A stretch of 64,000 bases of DNA, taken from positions 24,895-88,894 of the forward strand of contig JBAZNA010000001.1 of NCBI GenBank assembly GCA_041649475.1. The letters are read 5' to 3'. Source of the DNA: Patescibacteria group bacterium (GTDB taxonomy: Bacteria > Patescibacteriota > Patescibacteriia > Magasanikbacterales > GWA2-37-8). The notes under the pieces were generated by a model, which was not told the origin of the DNA, did not search any database, and worked only from the letters and a program-made list of their open reading frames with translations. Below, in pieces: positions 30,150 through 39,700 of the stretch. Both the position numbers and the translations under genes were made by a program. Numbering within the stretch: the first letter of the stretch is position 1; the number at the start of each line of letters is the position of its first letter.

Positions 30150-33100
30150 CTATGAACACCCAGTGGTGCTTCCACAATTTAAACATTTATAACAACTCCC
30201 GCTTCTGATAGTTATATGCCCGCAAGTCGGGCAAGGCGGCGCATCGCCCATCATACCTGATAACTGTTGATTTACAGCATCAGCCGCTGCACCCGCAACC
30301 TCCTCAACCGGTTCAACTTTGGGAATGTTCGGAAGCGTGGCCTGTGTGCCGGAAGCATCATCTTCTTCGCGTATATCATCTGCCCCTAACTGCATAGTTT
30401 TTTGACCGCGCAATTCCGCTTCAATTTTTTCCATTTGCTCGGCCCGGTTCTTTTGAATGCCGGCCGGTTTCACCTGCACAAAATCCATTCTTCCCAGATA
30501 TTCCATCCCCAACACCCGGAAAATAAAATCTATAATTGAAGTGCAAAATTTAATATTAGGATGATCAGTGATACCGCTCGGATCAAATCTGGTAAAGGTA
30601 AACTTATCAACATATTCTTCCAGTGGCACGCCATACTGCAAACCGGTTGAAATGGACATAGCAAACAAATTGAGCAAGCTTCTAAATGCGGCTCCCTCCC
30701 TGTACATATCAATAAATATCTCCCCTAACTTTCCATCCGGATATTCACCGGTGCGCAGGAAAATCTTTTGCCCGGAGACCTTGGTTTTGATGGTTATCCC
30801 GCTGCGCTTATAAGGCAACCTTCTCTGCTCGCCATGAACATAAATCTTTGACCCCTGGTTGGTGCCATCATGCGCGTATTTAATCATGGCGTGCGTAGCC
30901 AGTACCGATACGGTTTCTTCTTTCTTTGCTTCTACTTTCTCTTCTTTTTTCTCCTCTTCTTTTTCTTTCTTATCACCCTTGCTTGATAGCGGTTGTGATA
31001 ATTTACTCCCATCCCTGTATAAGGCAATCGCTTTGAGTCCTAATTTCCAGGAAGCGATATAAGCGGTTTTGACATCGTCAATCGTGGCCTCATTGGGCAT
31101 ATTGATGGTCTTGGAAATTGCGCCGGACAAAAACGGCTGGACTGCGGCCATCATTCTAATATGCCCTAAATAATGAATATACCGCTGGCCCTTTTTGCCA
31201 TTTTTATTGGCCGTATCAAACACCGCGTAATGTTCTTTGCGCAGATGCGGCGCGCCTTCAATGGTCATAGCTCCGCAAACATATTCATTGGCCGCTAAAA
31301 TCTGTTCTTGAGTGAAACCCAAAGCGGAAAGCAAATTAAAATTCAGGTCATTATATTGTTCGCTGGTAAAACCAAGGCGAGTGAGACAATCTTCACCCAG
31401 CGTCCAGGCATTAAACGCAAATGGCAGTTCAAATACCATTGGCATTGATTTCTCCAATTTTACTATTTCTTCTTCAGTGAAACCCTTTTCTTTTAATGTC
31501 TCATGATTAATATGCGGCGCGCCTGAAAGAGTGCCCCGACCGCGCAAATAATTTATTATGTCAATCATTTGGCTCTCGGTATACCCAAGCACCTTTAAAG
31601 CCATAGGCACGGATTCATTTACAATTTTAAAATATCCGCCGCCGGCCAATTTTTTAAATTTCACCAGCGCAAAATCCGGCTCAACGCCGGTGGTGGCGCA
31701 GTCCATAAGCAAACCGATTGTGCCGGTGGGAGCAAGCAGGGTCACCTGCGAATTTCGGTAACCAAATTCCTGACCAAAAGCCAGGGCTTTGTCCCAACTC
31801 TCCTGCGCGGCAGAAAGTAAATATGACGGCACATACTGTGAATCTAAACCCATTGGCTTGACCGCCAAATTTTCATATTCATCTTCAGGGGCATTGTAGG
31901 CGGCACGCCGGTGATTTCTCATCACCCGCAACATATCTTCTTTATTAAGTTCATACTGCGCAAAAGGTCCGAGCAATTTGGCCATCTCCGCGGACGTGGC
32001 ATAGGACTCGGCAGTCATCAAAGCCGTAATGGCTCCGGCAATGCCCATGGCTTGCGGAGAATCATAAGGGATACCGGCGGTCATAAGCACACTGCCGACA
32101 TTGGCATAGCCCAGTCCCAAACTTCGAAATAGATAACTGTTCTTGGCGATTTCATAACTTGGAAATTGCGCCATTAAAATGCTTACTTCCAAAACAACCG
32201 TCCAAATTTTGGTGGTGTATCTAAAACCTTCAACATCAAAAGCCAAGGCCTCCGCGTCATAAAAATGGCCAAGGTTAATTGAGGCCAAATTACAGGCGGT
32301 GTCGTCTAAAAACATGTACTCACTGCAAGGATTTGAGGCCTTTATCCGGCCCGACTGCGGACAAGTGTGCCAATCATTTATATTGGTATCATATTGCAAT
32401 CCCGGATCAGCGCATGACCAGGCCGCGGTGGCAATTTTGTCCCATAAATTTTTAGCCGGCAAGGTCTTACAAACCTGACCGTTTATACGCCAAGTTAAAT
32501 TCCAGTCGCCGTTATTTTCAACCGCTTCCATAAAATCCTGGGTCACGCGGATGGAATTGTTTGAATTTTGTCCGGAAACAGTTTGATAGGCCTCGCCTTC
32601 ATAGGCAGAATCATAGCCGGATGAAATCAAAGCCGCCACTTTTTTTTCTTCATTCATTTTCCAATCAATAAACTTCTCAATATCCGGATGATCAATGTTT
32701 AAAATAACCATTTTGGCCGCCCGGCGGGTAGTGCCGCCGGATTTGATCGCGCCGGCCGCGCGATCGCCAATTTTTAGCCAGCTCATCAATCCGGAAGATT
32801 CGCCGCCACCGGATAATTTTTCTCCGGAGCCGCGCAAATTGGAAAAATTTGTCCCAGTGCCGCTGCCGTATTTGAATAACCTTGCTTCCCTGACCCACAA
32901 GTCCATAATTCCACCCGGATTTACCAGATCGTCTTTGATTGATTGAATGAAACAAGCATGCGGTTGATTGCGGGAGTAGGCGTCAGGCGACGGCATCACT
33001 TCTCCGGTGGCATCCTCAACATAGTAATGACCCTGCGCCGGACCATTTATGCCATAGGCCCAAAAAAGACCGGTGGTAAACCATTGCGGCGAATTTGGCG

Positions 33101-33569
33101 CCACCATTTGGGCGATGAGCATGTAAACTAATTCATCATAAAAAATTTGGGCATCTTGAGGGCTGGCAAAATAACCGTACTTTTCTCCCCAATATCGCCA
33201 GGTGCCGGCCAATCTATGGGCAACTTGCTTAATACTTTTTTCACTGCCCAAAACCGGCGAACCGCTTTCGTTTAATGTTGGCGTACCATCCGAATTATAT
33301 TGCGGTACTCCGGCTTTTCTAAAATATTTCTGGGCCAAAATATCCGTCGCCACCTGCGACCAGGTGCTGGGCACCTCAACGCTGGTCATTTCAAAAACAA
33401 TTTGCCCGCTCGGCTCTCTGATAACCGATGACCGAAGCTCATAGGTGAACATATCAAACGGACTGATATCGTCCCGGGTGTAATGCCTGGCAAATCGCAA
33501 ACCGTTCTCTACGTTATATTTAAAATCGCTGTCGGTTATATAGGTTTTGGTGGCCACGGCATTTTGCAT
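30150..33569 (-). CDS. nrdJ: Class II (adenosylcobalamin-dependent) ribonucleotide reductase
   Basis: NSPQWF, ACFI, GGTTRRAAKM, SNPCSEY, APTGTI, ISKTIN, TSCPD-like C-terminus with CxxC pairs; start trimmed to MQNA. Confidence 0.95.
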   Translation of the reverse strand: MQNAVATKTYITDSDFKYNVENGLRFARHYTRDDISPFDMFTYELRSSVIREPSGQIVFEMTSVEVPSTWSQVATDILAQKYFRKAGVPQYNSDGTPTLNESGSPVLGSEKSIKQVAHRLAGTWRYWGEKYGYFASPQDAQIFYDELVYMLIAQMVAPNSPQWFTTGLFWAYGINGPAQGHYYVEDATGEVMPSPDAYSRNQPHACFIQSIKDDLVNPGGIMDLWVREARLFKYGSGTGTNFSNLRGSGEKLSGGGESSGLMSWLKIGDRAAGAIKSGGTTRRAAKMVILNIDHPDIEKFIDWKMNEEKKVAALISSGYDSAYEGEAYQTVSGQNSNNSIRVTQDFMEAVENNGDWNLTWRINGQVCKTLPAKNLWDKIATAAWSCADPGLQYDTNINDWHTCPQSGRIKASNPCSEYMFLDDTACNLASINLGHFYDAEALAFDVEGFRYTTKIWTVVLEVSILMAQFPSYEIAKNSYLFRSLGLGYANVGSVLMTAGIPYDSPQAMGIAGAITALMTAESYATSAEMAKLLGPFAQYELNKEDMLRVMRNHRRAAYNAPEDEYENLAVKPMGLDSQYVPSYLLSAAQESWDKALAFGQEFGYRNSQVTLLAPTGTIGLLMDCATTGVEPDFALVKFKKLAGGGYFKIVNESVPMALKVLGYTESQMIDIINYLRGRGTLSGAPHINHETLKEKGFTEEEIVKLEKSMPMVFELPFAFNAWTLGEDCLTRLGFTSEQYNDLNFNLLSALGFTQEQILAANEYVCGAMTIEGAPHLRKEHYAVFDTANKNGKKGQRYIHYLGHIRMMAAVQPFLSGAISKTINMPNEATIDDVKTAYIASWKLGLKAIALYRDGSKLSQPLSSKGDKKEKEEEKKEEKVEAKKEETVSVLATHAMIKYAHDGTNQGSKIYVHGEQRRLPYKRSGITIKTKVSGQKIFLRTGEYPDGKLGEIFIDMYREGAAFRSLLNLFAMSISTGLQYGVPLEEYVDKFTFTRFDPSGITDHPNIKFCTSIIDFIFRVLGMEYLGRMDFVQVKPAGIQKNRAEQMEKIEAELRGQKTMQLGADDIREEDDASGTQATLPNIPKVEPVEEVAGAAADAVNQQLSGMMGDAPPCPTCGHITIRSGSCYKCLNCGSTTGCS

Positions 33570-33572
33570 ATA

Positions 33573-33619
33573 TTCCTGCTTATAGTATTTAAAATTAATT
33601 TTTACCACAATATGTAGTA
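33573..33619. promoter_or_regulatory. NrdR-box-like operator pair
   Basis: CCACAATATGTAGTA (33605-33619) fits acaCwAtATaTwGtg; weaker copy 32 bp away at 33573-33587. Confidence 0.55.
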
Positions 33620-33760
33620 AAAGGACATTGACAAAATACATTATATCATTTTTACAAGCCGGGCACAAAGATAATAAATTTTAGCTAAAATTGGCCTAAA
33701 ATCTAAATAAAAAAACTCATACTAGATGAGTTATCCACCGCCAAAAAATTGGCCTCAACT

Positions 33761-36700
33761 TTATACCGAGACCGGGATGACTTCAAAAGGCGGAGCAGGA
33801 GGAGCTTCGGGAGGTGTTTCTGGAGTTGGAGGAACTTCAGGAGCAGGTGGGGCTTCCGGGGCAGGCGGAACTTCGGGGACAGTTGGAGCCGGGGCGCTTT
33901 CAACAACCGGAGGTGGGCTGGGTGGTGTCTCCGTTACAGTTTCCGGAGTTGGGGTCGGAGTGGTTGGTGTTGGTGTTGGTGTTGGGGCTGGGGTTGGTGT
34001 TTCAACCGGTGTTTCAGTCGGAGTAGGAATGGGAGGAAGTGTTGGGGTTACAGGCGCATTGCTCCTCTTAGCTACGACTATCCAATCAAAGGTTGCGTTG
34101 CTATTTCCATTGTTTAATTCTTTCACCACAAAACCATTAGCACTCTTAGAAGCCACATACACTCCATTTCCTTCACCGGATGTCAAAGTCACGCTGATTT
34201 TAATGGGCTGATTCGGATCAATCACATCCTTAATTGCAGCATCAAAATCAATTTGTACGGTTCCGGACATAAGCTGAGACGAACTGGAAAATACTAATTC
34301 GGAATTGGTGGATTGCATGGCATACAAATCCTGCGAACCATTGGCTGTTTGTACTTTGGCAATTAAATTGCCGTCAGCGTCAATTCTCCACTTCCCGCCT
34401 GCGCCGGTGATTGAAGCCACATTAATAATTGTATTGTTCTGAAGATCAAGGTTGCCGCCGGTATAACTTAATTGCCCGCCGGTTTGTGACACGCCCAAAT
34501 TTTCCGGAGAACTGCTGGGTGATAAATTTATTCCTTGGAGAGAAGCGATCTGGTTTATGCTATTTTGAATTTCAGCAATAGTGTTATCGCGATTATACAT
34601 CCACCCGGTTCTAATTAATGTCATAATTTTTCCGGTGGGTTGATCCATTGGCTCAAGAGCCACACCAATTATACCGACCATCTTATTATTGTTATCTTTT
34701 GTCGGATCATACTTCATGGCGTATCCGGGCATAGAGGCGGAAATTAACAAATCACCGCGTTGTATTGGCCCGTTTTCATTGGAAACTTTGACCGGCACAC
34801 GGCCAACCATGGCCATGACAGCCATATAATCAGTTTTACCGTTGCCTACTATAATAGTCGGGTTGGTAGAAACCACGCCGGCCACAGATTGCTCATATGC
34901 TCCGTTGCTTCTTCGGTATGTATCCGGCGCACTTGGGTCTACCATCAAAACATCCCCCGGTTCAACATTATCATCCACGGCAATATCCACCTTCTCTGCC
35001 AAATCGCCGGGGTTTGTGGATGTTCCTAAAGTGATTGATGGAGCGTAAATATTTCCTTTGGTATTAACATCGCCGTTGGCTGATACAGAAAACACCGGAT
35101 CATTGTTTGAGCGCAGTGAAACAATATAATTATCCGCAGTGGAAGTATTGAAATTGATTGCGTTAAAAGTGAAGGCCTTAGCCGAAGGGGATGAAACTGC
35201 CGCTGATTGAAAAGTGATCTCTTGGGTTGTACTACTTAAGATAAGGGTTGAATTTAACTTCTTTAGGTCTCTATACATTGTCTGCTGGTTGGTGAGCAAG
35301 AATTGAATAGCTGACCCGGCGGCTATACTATTCTGGTCGTGGCCGGTTAAAAGATCCGGAGATTCATCGGCAATAATGCCATATTGCCAGATGGCTTGAT
35401 CGCCATAAGCGCTTACATCATTAATAAAACGATATTGATTAATATTTAAACTGTCCAACATGGATAACAGGTTGCTTCTTTGTGTTTCTGTAATCGGAAC
35501 AATATCCTGCTTAATGGAACGGGAGGACCCATTATGCCATTGGCCGTCAACTGCACTATAGTAACCGCCGCCGTCCATGTTTAAAAGATAACTAAAAGAA
35601 GAGGTGCCGATGCCGACATTGCCGCCCATGATGGCCATTACGTTAATGGCAGACACAGTATAATGGGTTTCGGTATTTCCAATGCCGATACCGATTGAAC
35701 CAGTTCCTGAAACTTCTATATAGTTGCCTAAAGCCATGGCTTTTTCCGCAGACGAGGTCACATGGCTGCCAAAGGCAAAAGAAGTACCGGCTGAAGCAAC
35801 CACAGTATCACCAATAGCTACCGATACATTCCCTGTTGCCGTAAGATGTTTTCCCATTGCTATAGAACTATCACCCGAAGAGACCCCGTCTCCCATGATA
35901 AAGGAAGAGAGACCGCCCGCCACTCCGCCCAACCCAAGAGCAACGGAAGCAGTGCCACTGGCTGTGTTGCCTCCTCCGGCGGCGAACGAGTATAATCCGC
36001 TGGCTTTGGTGCCGGCGCCAAAAGCAGCTGACGAGGTGCCAATATTGGCTTCATCCCAACCAGTGCCATCGCCAAGCGGCAACACTCCCAAAAACATATC
36101 TGCGGTCTTTCCAGCTCTAAACGCCGCTTTGGATGGAATCCACATCATACGAGTACCGGTGCCGGAAACAGGAGTGGCTCCGACTGTGCCAGCGGCTAAA
36201 ATAGCACCGTCTTGAAGAGTAAAAAGTGCTTGAGGAGTTGTTGTTCCGATTCCCACATTCCCACCCATAATAGCCATGACATTGCTTTGATTTAATTCAT
36301 AACGTGGCCATATATTATTCAAACTAATACCAAAAGATCTGTCACCGGTTACATTAATACGAGTTCCCATGGCAGTTGAATACGCGCCACTGGCAACAAC
36401 ATCATCACCAATGGCAATGGCTTGCGTACCACTGGCATATGATTGATAACCGACCGCAAAAGAATTCCCTCCGGTAGCTCTGGATGCAAAACCCAAAGCC
36501 ATAGAGCCATCCCCAGAGGCAATTACACTATCTCCTAACGCAACAGATCGTGCGCCAGAGGCCTTAGCAAAAGATCCCAAAGCGATAGCCGTCGTATTGC
36601 TAGCAATGACATTCCAACCCATAGCCACAGAAGAAGATCCTATCTTTGCATCATCCCAATAAATAGATTCTTCCCCACCCTGATCTTCAAGCTTGCCGGC

Positions 36701-39700
36701 TCTAAATGCCGCTTTGGACGGAACCCACATCATACGGGTACCGAGGCCGGAAGCGGGGGTGTTGCCAATGGTGCCGGAAGCGATGACGGCGCCATTGATA
36801 ATACCAAAAGTATTTGCGTTAGATAAGGTGCCATTATCTGAATTGCCTAAACCGATACCGAAGGAATTTGCACCGGAAACTGTCATATACCTGCCCATAG
36901 CAATAGAATACTGGGCAGTAGATGTTACTGAAGTTCCAATAGCCACAGCAAACGACGTCAGTGCCCTGGCGTCACCACCGATAGCTACCGAAGCGGTACC
37001 ACTTGCTGTGGCAGCACCAAAAGCTGAAGATCCGTCTCCTGTGGCGCTGGAGCCGCCCAAAGCTGTAGCACTGGTGCCGCTGGCATAAGAACCAAAACCC
37101 ATCGCAACAGATAAAGGCCCCCCAGAAAAATTATTCATACCTATTGCAACAGAACCAAGGGCGGTGGCTTTATTATTAACCCCCAAAGCCATGGAGTATT
37201 CACCAATATTTGCATCATCCCATTCTGTTCCACCATATGGGTCGGCTCCATAGGTATCAACACCTACCGCGCCAGCTCTAAACGCCGCTTTACTTGGTAT
37301 CCACATCATACGAGTGCCGGGACCGGAACCGGGAGTGTTGCCGGTGGTGCCGGAGGCGATCATGGCACCATTGATTATTCCAAAAGTATTTGCAGTAGAT
37401 AAAACACCATTGTCAGATGACCCCAAACCGATACCGAAGGAATTTGCACCAGAAACTGTCAAATATTTGCCCATTACAAAAGAATTTCCGCCCGAACTTG
37501 TTACAAACTCACCAATAGCAACAGACCTGCTTCCCAAAGCTCTTACTGTTTCACCCATAGCAATGGCTTTAGCCGCACTGGCAAATGCATTATTACCAAG
37601 AGCGATAGCTCCGTCGCCTTGAGCTTTATTGCCTGATCCCATAGCCACTGACGCGGTGCCGGTGGATATATTGCTGGCGCCCATGGCAATGGAGAATATA
37701 CCAGCTGAAATATTTTCAACACCTGAAGCGAATGTATATGGACCGCTGGCTTCAACATTATACCCCAAAGCCATAGAATAAGAACCGATACTTGCCTCAT
37801 CCCATTCTGTTGAAGAAGCATACCCGGCTCTAAAAGCCGCCTTGCTCGGTATCCACATCAGACGAGTGCCGGCGCCGGAAATCGGAGTCCCTTGGGCACC
37901 TGTGCCACTGGTTGAACTGACAGCCAGAATAGCGCCATCTAAAATTGTTAACGCCGCTTGAGGTGTGGTGGTGCCAATACCAACATTCCCACCCATGATG
38001 GCCATGACATTGCTGGCTGAAATAATTCTATCTGTTGTATCCAAGCCAATACCAAACGACTGACTTCCTGTAACATTTATATGTGATCCCAACGCGATTG
38101 CGCCTGAAGCAGTACTTGTAATATGCCCACCCATGGCGATTCCACCAGAAGCAAAGGCATGTGCGTTTTCACCCATCGCAAAGGAATTAGTACCCAATGC
38201 TGTTGACCAATTTCCTAAAGCAACAGCACCGTTTCCTGCTGCCCAACTGCCAACACCGGCGGCAAAGGCAGCAGTGCCACTAGCGATGGTATCTATACCA
38301 AAAGCAACTGAACCTAAACCAATTTTTGCATCATCCCAAGCATCCACACCGGCATATAGACCCTGGATTGATCCGGCTCTAAAAGCCGCCTTGCTCGGTA
38401 TCCACATCATGCGAGTGCCGGCGCCGGAAATCGGAGTCCCTTGGGCACCTGTGCCACTGGTTGAACTGACAGCCAGAATAGCGCCGTCAACTATTGTTAA
38501 TCCCGCCAAAGGCGAACTGGTATTTATTCCTACATTTCCATTTGCCAAAACGCGCAGCATGCTGGAGCCGGAGGAGGAGGCGATGTCAAAAAATGGACTG
38601 CTGGTAACCGAACCGGATATTGAGAATAGAGCTGTTGGAGTAGTTGTGCCAACTCCCACTCTGCCGGTTGTTCCTTCACCGGCCGATGGGCCTACAAATA
38701 ATGTGGGAACTGTAGAATAAAAGCCCACAACCAAAGACCTGTCAGTGGAGTTGACAAGTAAACCACTACCTAGACCCAGGCCGTTACCAATAATAATGGA
38801 ACTAAAGGCACTTGAAGAAACATACTGACCAAGGGCAAAGGAATTATCACCGCTGGCAGTGGAGTATTGCCCCAACGCGGTTGAATAGTTACCACTGGCA
38901 ACAGATCGAGAACCCATCGCGGTTGAAGTATAGCCGCTCGCAACGGTATTACCACCCATCGCGACTGACCGGTCCCCGATTAACGCATCATCCCATTGTG
39001 TCCCATCTACAATACCCGCCCTAAACGCCGCTTTACTTGGTATCCACATCATACGGGTGCCGCCGCCGGAAATTGGAGTGTCACCGACTGAACCTGTGGC
39101 CAGGATGGCACCATCAACTATTGTAAACTTTGCCAAAGGCGAAATTGTGTTTACGCCTAAAGCCCCCAAAGTGCCTGTTGATGAAATTCTAAAATTGGCC
39201 ACTTGATCCGCGGATGATTGATTTTGTATATAACTGTCTGAACCGGATGAAGATGCGAATCCTAAACTGCTTGTATTCACCCATTGCCCGCGGCCGCTGC
39301 CGTTAGACATATAAATATTGCCGCTATATCCGGAAGTGGCTATAAAATACTGTCCGTAATCAATATTATTTATTCTGTAAGTCCCGGTGGTATTAATATC
39401 ACCGGCTACTGATAATTTCCAGGCAGGAGAGGTGGTGCCTATTCCAACCGAACCGCCAAAGTACGACGGCGTGTTTGTTGCCGAAATTGACAAAGCCCCT
39501 TGTGACAAAATACCACCATAACCAACCGTCAAAGATGTCCCTATATCAACTATTCCTTTGGTGATTATTTCGTTTTGCACTGCAAGTTTTCCAACTTCGG
39601 CCGAGTGAGCAAATAATGAACCGACTTCCGTTCCATAAAGATCGGTGATAAAAAATAAACCAGAACTATCATTGACAGAAAATACGTAATTCCCAACCAC

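Noticed and set aside
33726-38720. Gly/Ala/Pro-rich plus-strand ORFs (33726-34211, 35724-36215, 36693-37088, 38133-38720)
   Set aside because: Antisense shadows of the repetitive adhesin gene
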